Shown here: positions 30,990 to 39,307 of the stretch, in pieces | Layout: the number at the start of each line of letters is the position of its first letter | How positions within the stretch are numbered: position 1 is the stretch's first letter | From: a virus | Reading direction: 5' to 3' (one strand) | IMG/VR virus record: IMGVR_UViG_3300045136_000406 | DNA length: 41,151 nt | Notes under the pieces: generated by a model | Told to the model about the DNA's origin: nothing | Databases searched by the model: none | The model's input: the letters and a program-made list of their open reading frames with translations, nothing else | Position numbers and translations under genes: made by a program

Positions 30990-33366
30990 GCCCGTTCCTC
31001 CCCGCGCCGACCAGCGCCCGGAGCTCCTCGAGGTCCGCCCGCGCGTCGGTCCCCTGGGGTCCGGGCGGCGTGGTCCCCAGCGGCGCCATGTTCAGCGGCA
31101 CAAGGTACTCATCGCCACCCTCGACCGGGTTCATGTCCTCGAGCGCGCGGATGTCGTTCACCGAGAGGAACCCCCATTGGCGCCCGATTGCGTAGGCCGC
31201 GAACCTGGTGGCCGTGTCGCCGCGCATCAGCGCCTGCACCTGGTGGCGCGCGAAGTAGGAGCCGTTGGTCAGCAGCCGCTGCTGAATCTTCTGCTCCCAG
31301 CGCGTCAGCCAGGGCATCAGCGTGAACGCCACGAACCCGACTGACATCTGCTCAATCCCCGTGCCCCAGGAGGTCGAGCGGTCGACGGTGCCGATCATAT
31401 GGGGGGGGACGCGGAACCAGCGCGCCACATCCACCACCTGGAACTCGCGCGTGTTGTGCGTAACGAGCCCCCCCGTGATGTGCGTGTGCACATCCTCAAT
31501 TTCAACACCAATGGTGGGTCCGGGCGGGAGTGGCTCGACCGATGTAACGCGGTCATAGAAGAAATTGCGGTCGCTGTATCGACTCGGCGGGAGGTTCCCA
31601 TAGCGCGCAAGCCGCCGCCGCTTGTCGGGATGATGAGGCACGAGCGCGTGAGCCAAAAGACGTAGGGGCATTGTTCCCATGACGTAGAGTCCCCAGGACT
31701 CAAGCGTCGGGCTCTCTCCATGGGGAAACATCCGCCGTCCCGGCAGTTGCATCCGGTAGATGGCGCTCTGAATTCCGAGCATGCTCAGGAGATGCTGACA
31801 GTCCTCAAGCAGTGGACGGCTGACACTACTCCAATACACCGCCGGCGTTTGCCGACCGTCAGGATCGCGCACCGAACCGTCTGTATCGAGGTACCCCGAG
31901 AGGAATCCCCGCCAGGCTGATGGGCCGCCGCGCAACACCGCATCGGGCACGCGCTTCGAATGGGAGTGCTTCCCGACAAGCCCGCTCTCGTTGAACAGGG
32001 AGCGGATTTCCGAGCCGCCCCGTCCTCGCGTCCCACCAGTATTGAGGTTCCAATCATAGGGGCGGCTCGTCGCGTGGGAGAGGCCGCCCCCCATCGTGAC
32101 CGCGACTCGATCCATCTCCTGAATCACACCGGCGTCGGCATTGCAGAATGAAAACCCAGCCGTGCGGATATATCCGTCGCCAGTCATTGCGCCTAGCATC
32201 CATGCTCGGTCAGTGCTCAGCGCATCGGGTTGCGGAACATGCCCCAATCCAACACGAATGAGCATCCCCGGCTTCACTGCAGACAGCGGCACCCAGGAAT
32301 CTGGGGAGTCGTCCACGCGATTCCCAGGAGTGCGGAGTCGCTCGCGCGCCAAACACGGATGATCCGCGCTTGCGATCAACTCGCGTCCGCGCGCCGTCGT
32401 AATGCGCACCAGGGGCTTGACCCGTGGCAGCCCAACCGCATGCACGCGCGCAGAGACGGGGCCATCGCGCCACCCGACGACTTCGTCCCCTGGCCGCAGC
32501 GCCTCAACCGCCATGCGAGTTCCGTCCGCCATGGTTACGGGCGTACCAGGAACAACACAGGCGAGGAACTGGCTATCCTCGTTGCTCAGTCCCATCTGCT
32601 GCCAGGAGAGCCCCTCCTCGAGCACCGCCACGCGGTGGGCGTTGGCCCCGCCATACGCCTGCTCCCAGCGCAGCTTGAGGTCCTCGGCCGCGCCGGGCGA
32701 GAGCTTCCCAGCGGTGGTGAGCACGCCGCCGGGGCGCGAGCCGTTGCCGAAATAGCGACCGCCATAATCCTCGGCCGCCAATGCGAGCCCGAGCGATTTG
32801 CGGGCCGCCGAAATGATCGAGAGCCCCATCACGCCATCGCTGGACGGTCCGCGCAGATGGAAAATCTCATCCTCCAGATAGACCACCCGCTGGGCCATGC
32901 CCTGGGGCTGATAGCTGTAGCGGATCGAGCGGTCGGGCAGTTGCTCGACCCGCATGCGGTCGGGATGCAGCGGGATGAGCTGGTCCACGGGTCCGCGCGG
33001 CCCCGGCACGATGAGCGCGTAGGCGTTGCCCCGAAGCAGGACGTGCCCCTGCATCATGTCCCGGAACTCGACCGCCGTCTGCCATGGGTTCGGCTGGTCG
33101 TGCAGCAAGTCGAACACCGGGTGGTCGCGGGCATAGTCCTTCCCGCCGCCCCGGCGGTACTGGTAGACGTTGAGCGGCAGCATGGCCACCGACTCCGCGA
33201 TCAGCCAGGTGCAGGACCACACCGCCGACGTGGCGAGCGCGGTGTCGGGGGTCACCTGCTGGCCGGCGACGGGCTGGCCCCAGCCCAGCGGCTGGTACCA
33301 GTAGTCCGACGCCCCCGCCCAGCCGCCCGCCGCCCGCAGGTTGGACATGGCGCGGATGAGCCCCAC
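30982..33366 (-). CDS. Portal protein (HK97 family) interrupted by an intein
   Basis: 794-aa track ORF (GTG start). Exteins of 269 + 156 aa; portal motif ...NEDSQFLA / TREFQVVDVARWFRVPPHMIG is split by the insert. Confidence 0.85.
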   Translation of the reverse strand: MGLIRAMSNLRAAGGWAGASDYWYQPLGWGQPVAGQQVTPDTALATSAVWSCTWLIAESVAMLPLNVYQYRRGGGKDYARDHPVFDLLHDQPNPWQTAVEFRDMMQGHVLLRGNAYALIVPGPRGPVDQLIPLHPDRMRVEQLPDRSIRYSYQPQGMAQRVVYLEDEIFHLRGPSSDGVMGLSIISAARKSLGLALAAEDYGGRYFGNGSRPGGVLTTAGKLSPGAAEDLKLRWEQAYGGANAHRVAVLEEGLSWQQMGLSNEDSQFLACVVPGTPVTMADGTRMAVEALRPGDEVVGWRDGPVSARVHAVGLPRVKPLVRITTARGRELIASADHPCLARERLRTPGNRVDDSPDSWVPLSAVKPGMLIRVGLGHVPQPDALSTDRAWMLGAMTGDGYIRTAGFSFCNADAGVIQEMDRVAVTMGGGLSHATSRPYDWNLNTGGTRGRGGSEIRSLFNESGLVGKHSHSKRVPDAVLRGGPSAWRGFLSGYLDTDGSVRDPDGRQTPAVYWSSVSRPLLEDCQHLLSMLGIQSAIYRMQLPGRRMFPHGESPTLESWGLYVMGTMPLRLLAHALVPHHPDKRRRLARYGNLPPSRYSDRNFFYDRVTSVEPLPPGPTIGVEIEDVHTHITGGLVTHNTREFQVVDVARWFRVPPHMIGTVDRSTSWGTGIEQMSVGFVAFTLMPWLTRWEQKIQQRLLTNGSYFARHQVQALMRGDTATRFAAYAIGRQWGFLSVNDIRALEDMNPVEGGDEYLVPLNMAPLGTTPPGPQGTDARADLEELRALVGAGRNGHG
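31453..32559 (-). mobile_element. Intein (369 aa) with LAGLIDADG homing-endonuclease domain
   Basis: Starts CVVPGTPV (Cys1, codon 32559-32557) and ends ...GGLVTHN followed by Thr+1 (Asn codon 31455-31453). Block B IASADHP. LAGLIDADG motifs WMLGAMTGDGYI and FLSGYLDTDGSV. GC is visibly lower than in the flanks. Confidence 0.85.
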
Positions 33367-33525
33367 CTAGAACCCCCCATAGCGCAGGCCGAACCCCGCC
33401 AGCGCCAGGCACACCAGGCCGAGCCAGAGCAGCGCCAGCGGCACGAACACCAGCCCGGCCGCCGCGGCCACCAGCAGGACGCCGCCAACCACCAGGATGA
33501 CCGTGAGCGCGCGGTCGAGCGTCAC
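33367..33525 (-). CDS. Small two-segment membrane protein (52 aa) between TerL and portal
   Basis: VTLDRALTVILVVGGVLLVAAAAGLVFVPLALLWLGLVCLALAGFGLRYGGF. GTGA overlap with the TerL stop. Its TAG is followed directly by the portal GTG. Confidence 0.45.
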   Translation of the reverse strand: MTLDRALTVILVVGGVLLVAAAAGLVFVPLALLWLGLVCLALAGFGLRYGGF

Positions 33526-35033
33526 CCCAGCACCAGCAGCGGGCGGCTATCGGCGTAGAGGTACTCGCTCGCGGGCGCGGGCTCCTGGGCGCGCAGACAC
33601 GCGATCGCACAGGCGACTGCCGCGTCAATCTTCCGCCGCGACCCCTTCGGCTTGCTGAGGCGCCACCCCCGCGGCTTCTGGTCGGCCACGGCGTTGGCCA
33701 CCTGGCGCGCCAGGATCGGGTCGCCGTCGTGGGCCAGCCTGCGCTCGACCACGAGCTGGTAGAGCCGCTGGCTGGCGGGGACCATGCGGCCGTCATGCTG
33801 CGGGAACTCGACCATCGCCAATCCGTCTCCGCTCAACACCTGCGCCGAGCGCTGGAAATACGCGGGGTCGTAGCTGAACTCGGGCCCTGGCTGCACCGCG
33901 CCATCAATCTCGCAGGCGGGAGCCGGGAACCGCTCGCGCAGCGCGCGTAGATGCTCCTCCACCTCGAACAGGTTCAGGCTCCAGTCGCCATGCCGCGGGT
34001 CGTCCTCCGCGTAGGGGTTCTCCCATACCCTCGCCCGCACCACCGTGCGCTCGCCCTGCCGCTGGGCGCATACCACCGCCGTGCTGTCGTTGCGCAGTGC
34101 CACGTCGATCCCGACCCGCAGCGGGAGGGCGGGGTCCAGCTCGAGCGCGGGCTCCCTGCACGCATCCCAGGCCCCGAATGGGAGCCACGCCTCGCTGCTC
34201 GCCGTCCAGGTATTCAGGAAATAGCGCCGAAACACCGCCTCGGTCTTCTTGCTCAACTGATCGCGAAAAAACGGCTCGTGCACCAGCACGCCATAGCTCG
34301 GGTTCGCCGCCGCCCAGACCGCCGGTTCGTGATGATCGGCCGACTCCGGCGCTTCCTGACACCAGGAGAAATACGCCGGGTCATCAATCTCTCCACTCGC
34401 CACCTTGCGGCCATACTGATACTGGCGGTAGCAGATGGAGTCCTGGTCATAGCCCGCCGTCGTCGTCTGGATTACCAGCGGCTGTCGCCGCGCCCCCGTC
34501 CCATTCGTGAGTACGTTCCATACCTGGGTACCCTTCGGCCCCGTCCACTCGTGCAGCTCGTCGAGCAGGCAGGCCGAGATGTTCTGCCCGTCGTTCGTGC
34601 CCGTGACCGCCGCAACGCGCTTCAGACGCGCCCCCGGAATGCTGGGCACCTGAATCTCCTTGTCGAATCGCTCCGTGATCTGGCTCAGGGTCGGCGAGAG
34701 CTCGCACATGCGCTTCGCCGCGCCATACACCAGGTCCGCTTGCTCATCGCTCGCCGCCGCGCAGACCACGAGCGGGCTCGGCTCCCCGTCGGCGATCAGC
34801 AGATAGAGGCCAATAGCCGCCGCGAGCTCCGTCTTCCCGTTCTTCTTCGGCACCGAGATGTAGGCCCAGCGGTGCTTGCGCAGCCCGTCCGCGCCCACCT
34901 CGAAGAGGCCATAGATCAGGCGCTTCTGCCAGTCCAGCAGACGAAACGGCTGGCCGATCCACTCGCCGTTCGTGAAGACGCAATGCGTCTCAATGAACCG
35001 GACGACCCGCGCGCCCTGGCTAGGACGCGGCAT
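33522..35033 (-). CDS. terL: Terminase large subunit
   Basis: 503-aa track ORF. Walker A VPKKNGKTELAA, LLDELHEW, Terminase_1-type layout. Confidence 0.9.
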   Translation of the reverse strand: MPRPSQGARVVRFIETHCVFTNGEWIGQPFRLLDWQKRLIYGLFEVGADGLRKHRWAYISVPKKNGKTELAAAIGLYLLIADGEPSPLVVCAAASDEQADLVYGAAKRMCELSPTLSQITERFDKEIQVPSIPGARLKRVAAVTGTNDGQNISACLLDELHEWTGPKGTQVWNVLTNGTGARRQPLVIQTTTAGYDQDSICYRQYQYGRKVASGEIDDPAYFSWCQEAPESADHHEPAVWAAANPSYGVLVHEPFFRDQLSKKTEAVFRRYFLNTWTASSEAWLPFGAWDACREPALELDPALPLRVGIDVALRNDSTAVVCAQRQGERTVVRARVWENPYAEDDPRHGDWSLNLFEVEEHLRALRERFPAPACEIDGAVQPGPEFSYDPAYFQRSAQVLSGDGLAMVEFPQHDGRMVPASQRLYQLVVERRLAHDGDPILARQVANAVADQKPRGWRLSKPKGSRRKIDAAVACAIACLRAQEPAPASEYLYADSRPLLVLG

Positions 35034-36342
35034 ATGTGCCTGCCGACTCCCGCCGCGCCGTCTCGCCGGTGAGGTTCTGCCAGCGGTTGACGATCACATC
35101 GCAGTAGCGCGGCTCGATCTCCAGCCCATAGCAGATGCGGCCCAGCTGGTGCGCGGCGATGAGGGTCGTCCCGCTGCCGAGAAAGGGATCATACCAGTCT
35201 CGCCCATTCCACGCCTCGAGGAATGCCGCTGGCAATCCAACGGGAAATGGTGCGGGATGATCGTTCACTTCCTCGTCAGGCTTCTGGGGCGAAAGACGAA
35301 TCACGCTGTCTGGAATCTTGAACGGCTGAATCGGATCACCCGCTCCTGTGAATTGTTTGAGGCTGCCATCGGGATTTCGCTGAGTCCTGCCGACGCGGCG
35401 GCCACAATTCTTGCTCGGAGTTACCTTCTCAGGCCGATCTGCAACACGAGCGAAATGGAATATCCACTCATGTGCGGGAGCCAATCTTCCGTTCCAGTCG
35501 CCGGGCATGCCATTGAGTTTGTCCCATACGTACCAAGCAAAAAGCGGCCAACCAGCAGACTCGACGTCATCGAGAAATGAGTCCCAGTAGCGGATAACGC
35601 GGCCATCACGATGCACTAGACCAAGATTCACAAAGACCTGTGCATCCTCCTCCACAAAGGCCAGTCCGGCGGAGAACACGCAGGAGAGGAGAGCATGCCA
35701 ATCGGATGCCATGTTGCCAGCATAGGCACGTTGCTGCAGAAATGGCGGACTGGTAAAAACCCCCCTCGCCCGCTGCCCGCCCATCACCCGCTCCACGTCC
35801 TCGCGCCGCGTGCTATCCCCGCATAGCACCCGGTGCGGCCCCAGCAGCCACAGGTCGCCCGGCCGGGTGATCGGCTCAGCGGGCGGCTCGGGGATGACAT
35901 CCTCTTCGATGCCGCCGCCTACGCCAGCGAGCAGGCGCTCGACTTCGGCCGCATCAGCACCGAGACTGGCGAGACTCACGCCCGACTGGCGCAACTCGTG
36001 GAGCAGCTCCCCGTACTGGTCCTCGTTCCATTCGCCCGCCGCCGCGTTGTCTCGCACCGATCGCGCCTTGGCCTCGGCGTCCGTGATATCGTCCAGCACC
36101 GCCGGGACGGTCGTCCAGCCAAGATGCTGCGCTGCGCGGAACCGCTGATTCCCCGCATAGATAATCCCCTGCGCATTGGCGAGAATCGGCCGCCGCTCCA
36201 GCAGCCCCGGATCGGCCGTGAGGCTGGCACACAAGTCCCGGAAGCGCTTCTCCCTGAGAATGCGCGGATTCCATGGCGCGGGCTGTAGCCGATCCAGCGG
36301 GACCGCTTGGGGGATCACACCGCCTCCCATTCCTCTGTCCAT
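35020..36342 (-). CDS. ParB-like nuclease domain fused to a beta-class N4-C/N6-A DNA methyltransferase
   Basis: 440-aa track ORF. N-terminal ParB-N (LQPAPWNPRIL...IYAGNQRFRAA), then TSPPF (motif IV) before DPFLGSGTT (motif I). Confidence 0.85.
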   Translation of the reverse strand: MDRGMGGGVIPQAVPLDRLQPAPWNPRILREKRFRDLCASLTADPGLLERRPILANAQGIIYAGNQRFRAAQHLGWTTVPAVLDDITDAEAKARSVRDNAAAGEWNEDQYGELLHELRQSGVSLASLGADAAEVERLLAGVGGGIEEDVIPEPPAEPITRPGDLWLLGPHRVLCGDSTRREDVERVMGGQRARGVFTSPPFLQQRAYAGNMASDWHALLSCVFSAGLAFVEEDAQVFVNLGLVHRDGRVIRYWDSFLDDVESAGWPLFAWYVWDKLNGMPGDWNGRLAPAHEWIFHFARVADRPEKVTPSKNCGRRVGRTQRNPDGSLKQFTGAGDPIQPFKIPDSVIRLSPQKPDEEVNDHPAPFPVGLPAAFLEAWNGRDWYDPFLGSGTTLIAAHQLGRICYGLEIEPRYCDVIVNRWQNLTGETARRESAGTYAAS

Positions 36343-36836
36343 GCCTCGCCCCCGGCATCCCCGATCTGGCGCTCTCCCTCTGAGAGCGCGCGGTTCAGTT
36401 CCTCCGCCGTCAGGCGCGCCTGCCCGTAGGCGATCCCAAGCCGCAGCCGAGCGACCGGCGTTAGGCCCAGGTCCGTCTCCGCACGCTGGATCACCGCCTC
36501 AAGCTGATTCAGATAGCCGGCGAGCGGGTTGAGTACCACGCTCCCCGGCGCATTCTTCACGAGCCGCGTCTTGCGAAACACCGGCAGCACGCGCTCGTAC
36601 TCGTCAACGGCCCGGATCCAGCGCTCTACCCGATGGAGGTCCACCACGCGATCAGCCGCCTGCGCCACCGCGCTCGACCAATAGGCCGCCCAGCGCTTCC
36701 GGCTCGACTCCAGTAGACCGCGCGGCGCTTTCGGCATGCTCTGCGTAGGCGCCGGGATTACCAGCCCGATCTCTCGATGCGGGTTGCGATTCTGCCGCTC
36801 AGTCGCCGGCTTCGGCGCCGGCCCTCGTGTGCCCAT
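36315..36836 (-). CDS. terS: Terminase small subunit (P27 family)
   Basis: 173-aa track ORF starting MGTRGPAPKP..., typical of P27-type TerS. Upstream of terL. Confidence 0.75.
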   Translation of the reverse strand: MGTRGPAPKPATERQNRNPHREIGLVIPAPTQSMPKAPRGLLESSRKRWAAYWSSAVAQAADRVVDLHRVERWIRAVDEYERVLPVFRKTRLVKNAPGSVVLNPLAGYLNQLEAVIQRAETDLGLTPVARLRLGIAYGQARLTAEELNRALSEGERQIGDAGGEAWTEEWEAV

Positions 36837-36999
36837 CGGCTCCCGGCTTCTACGGGCAAAACCCGTACAGGAAAAACTCGAGGTGGCGCGCGGGTTCCTG
36901 GCGCACCGAGCCGCAGACTTTTTCGTCCCCCCTGGGGCTCCAGGAAGGGCCAGAGCGTGCGCGGCGCACCCGCGGCGTCATTTTCGCGCTCCGGGCACG

Positions 37000-37311
37000 C
37001 TAGCGGCCGCCCTTGCGGCTGTTGCAGCGGCGGCAGGCGGCCACGAGGTTGCTCGGGTCGTCGGAGCCGCCGCGACTGCGGGGCACGACGTGGTCGGCGG
37101 TCGTGGCCAGCCCGCCGCAGTAGGCGCACTGGTAGCCGTCGCGCGCGAGCACCGCGGCGCTGAGGCGGAGCCAGTCGTTGCCGTAGCCGCGCTCGTGGCG
37201 GGAGCCGCGGCGGGCGTCCTGCCCGCTCCAATGTCGGCGCTGGCAGACCGGGCAGCGCGGGCCATGCGTCGTGATGCGTGCGCAATCGAGGCAGGGGCGG
37301 GGCGGGGCCAT
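37000..37311 (-). CDS. HNH endonuclease (packaging-associated)
   Basis: 103-aa track ORF. CAYCGG...[30 protein letters not shown]. Confidence 0.85.
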   Translation of the reverse strand: MAPPRPCLDCARITTHGPRCPVCQRRHWSGQDARRGSRHERGYGNDWLRLSAAVLARDGYQCAYCGGLATTADHVVPRSRGGSDDPSNLVAACRRCNSRKGGR

Positions 37312-37323
37312 GGCGAGAATGGC

Positions 37324-37884
37324 TCAGCCCGCCGAGCTGGCGGGCTGACGCTGGGGATGCGGCTGCCGAGCACCCTCAGGATGCGGGATGTTGGCGTCAA
37401 TTGTCAAGCGCCGCCAGCCGAGCGCCAGCGCCATCATGCGCGTGGCGACCTGCCAGGCTCCCGTCGCGGGCTCGATGAGGGCGTCCTGGGGGCGCCCGCG
37501 GGCGCCGCGCCGGTAGATGCCATGGCGGAAGCGCCATTCGCCCAAGCGGGCCTGCTGGGCGTAGATGGCGCGGGTTGCGGTCCAGGTGATGGGCAGGGAG
37601 TCGGCCGCCTGGCGCAGGTCGGCGAGCGTGTGCTGGGCGCCGTGCGCGCCGTCGCCCCAGGCCGAGCGGCGGCCGGCCTGAGCGGGCGGGGTGGGCTCGC
37701 CGAGCGGGCAGAGGCAGTCGCGGCGGGAGCGGTCGGACTGGAGCAGCGCCCACTCGTGGTCGAGGTAGACGCGGAGGTGGGCGGCTGCGGAGGCGGAGGC
37801 CGCGAGCGCCTCGAGCTCCTCCCAATGGGCGAGCACGAAGCGCACGCGGCGGGGGGTATAGAGCGGCGGGCTTGGCGCGGGCAT
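37324..37884 (-). CDS. Hypothetical protein (186 aa) downstream of repeat array 1; position typical of late-gene regulators
   Basis: ATG at 37884 (residue 131 of the 316-aa track ORF) with AGGAG upstream. The repeat-encoded N-terminal extension from ATG 38274 cannot be excluded. Confidence 0.5.
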   Translation of the reverse strand: MPAPSPPLYTPRRVRFVLAHWEELEALAASASAAAHLRVYLDHEWALLQSDRSRRDCLCPLGEPTPPAQAGRRSAWGDGAHGAQHTLADLRQAADSLPITWTATRAIYAQQARLGEWRFRHGIYRRGARGRPQDALIEPATGAWQVATRMMALALGWRRLTIDANIPHPEGARQPHPQRQPASSAG

Positions 37885-37917
37885 GAGGCTGCTCCTGTCA
37901 GTCGTGATCGCGGGGGC

Positions 37918-38286
37918 GGGGCGCTCGCTCATCTGGGTGCTCTCCACTGGGATGGCTCGCGCGTCAAACATGGTGCTCTCTCGCTCTGCGGTTCGCTCAC
38001 TCACCATGGTGCTCTCGCCTATGAGGGCTCGCTCGCTCATCGTGCTGCTCTCCGTCGCTTCGGCTCGCTCGCGCTCTTTGGCGCTCTCCAGGTTCCTGGC
38101 TCGCTCGCGGATAGTGGTGCTCTCCCCGACCCTGGCTCGCTCGCATGATGTGGTGCGCGCGCTCGCTAGGGCTCGCTCCCGTAGCTTGGTGCTCTCGGCC
38201 CTTCTGGCTCGCTCCCATACTGTGGTGCTCGCACACACGTTGGCTCGCTCCGCATCTCTGGTGCATTCCCGCATTCTGGCTAGCGC
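37918..38286 (-). repeat. Repeat array 1: 21 alternating 9-bp boxes (minus strand GAGCGAGCC / GAGAGCACC) on an exact 18-nt register
   Basis: Each box was placed by hand. Plus-strand ggctcgctc at 38026, 38062, 38098, 38134, 38170, 38206, 38242; ggtgctctc at 37936, 37972, 38008, 38116, 38188; variants fill the remaining register positions. Confidence 0.9.
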
Positions 38287-39131
38287 GTGGGGTTCGGCCG
38301 CTCGATCAGGTGGGCATGGCCGAGCTGGGCGATGGCGTAGGGCAGCGGCGGCTCGATGCCGTAGTGCCGCCTGTACGCCTCGCCGTGGTAGTGGGCGAGG
38401 AACAATTTGATGCTCCAGCGGCGGGCGCGGGCGTCGATCTGCGCGGGCGGCAGGCGGCCCGCCGCGTAGGCCTTGAAGGCCTCGGTGTCCTTGCCGATGC
38501 GGCGCGTGGCGAGAATCTGGGCCGCCTGGGCGGCGATCTCGGGGCTGCCGTTGCGCGCCTGCTCGTACGCCTTGCGCTCGACGTAGAGGTGCCCGTAGAT
38601 GTCCTTGGGGTGATTCTGGACCTTCATGAACGACTGGCCCAGCTTCCAGCAGATCACCTTCAGCTGGGCGTTCCAGGGGCGTTTCTGTCCCCGCTCCCAG
38701 GTCAGGGTCGGGTCCAGGCCCGCGAAGCGCCAGAAGTGCCCCGCGGTGGGGGCGCGGGTGATGTCGAGATGAGCGAGCAGGCCCGCGGCGAGCACGGGGC
38801 CGACGCCGACGATCGCGCGCGACCAGGCGCCCATGCCCGTGGGCTCGACCATCGTGTAGCGGTCGAGCACGGCGCGGATGGTGGCCTCCAGGTCGGCCAT
38901 CTGGCCGCGCGCCCAGCCGATGGCCAGGTGCGGCTCGCCGGCGCCGCCGAGCGCGAGAATCTGGAGGTTGGTGGCCAGGCGGTAGTCCTGGATCTGGTAG
39001 TAGAGGTCCACGAGGAACCGCGCCTCGCGCGGGCCGAGGGTGTCGGCGGCGCGTTTGAGGTCCTTGCGCAGCAGGATGGTGGGGTCGATCACAACGGATG
39101 TGGTGTCGGGGTCGTCGAGTGCGGTGCTCAC
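38280..39131 (-). CDS. IS110-family transposase C-terminal (HhH, Transposase_20-like) domain protein lacking the DEDD catalytic domain
   Basis: GTG at 39131 (residue 188 of the 470-aa track ORF) after GAGGAGGAG. GVGPVLAAGLLAHLDITRAPTAGHFWRFAGLDPT...GQKRPWNAQLKVICWKLGQSF. An alternative coupled GTG at 39311 would add the repeat-encoded extension. Confidence 0.55.
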   Translation of the reverse strand: MSTALDDPDTTSVVIDPTILLRKDLKRAADTLGPREARFLVDLYYQIQDYRLATNLQILALGGAGEPHLAIGWARGQMADLEATIRAVLDRYTMVEPTGMGAWSRAIVGVGPVLAAGLLAHLDITRAPTAGHFWRFAGLDPTLTWERGQKRPWNAQLKVICWKLGQSFMKVQNHPKDIYGHLYVERKAYEQARNGSPEIAAQAAQILATRRIGKDTEAFKAYAAGRLPPAQIDARARRWSIKLFLAHYHGEAYRRHYGIEPPLPYAIAQLGHAHLIERPNPTR

Positions 39132-39152
39132 GGGTGCTCCTCCTCGGTGTGT

Positions 39153-39305
39153 GGGGCGCTCACGGTCTGGGGTGCTCTCTCGGTTTCTGGCTCGCTCGCA
39201 CAATTTGGTGCTCTCACGAGGATTGGCTCGCTCTTCTCCCACGGTGCTCGCGGCTACAATGGCTCGCTCTGACGAGGGGGTGCGCTCGATCCTCCTGGCT
39301 GGCGC
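39153..39305 (-). repeat. Repeat array 2: 9 boxes of the same two 9-mers on the same 18-nt register
   Basis: Plus-strand ggtgctctc at 39171 and 39207; ggctcgctc at 39189, 39225, 39261; variants at 39153, 39243, 39279, 39297. Confidence 0.9.
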
Positions 39306-39307
39306 CG

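Noticed and set aside
37324-38274. Taking the full 316-aa track ORF (and the 39311 start for the upstream gene) at face value as repeat-containing proteins
   Set aside because: Not adopted as the primary call. The repeat part has poor third-position G/C, many rare codons, box conservation at the nucleotide level (the conserved Arg is almost always CGA), and a good SD plus start after each array. Kept as an explicit alternative in the findings because both arrays are in frame and have possible coupled starts.
37918-39305. The repeat arrays considered as CRISPR arrays
   Set aside because: The repeats are only 9 bp with 9-bp spacers, two alternating repeat types, and no leader or cas genes. The geometry is incompatible with CRISPR (repeats of 23-47 bp with spacers of similar size).
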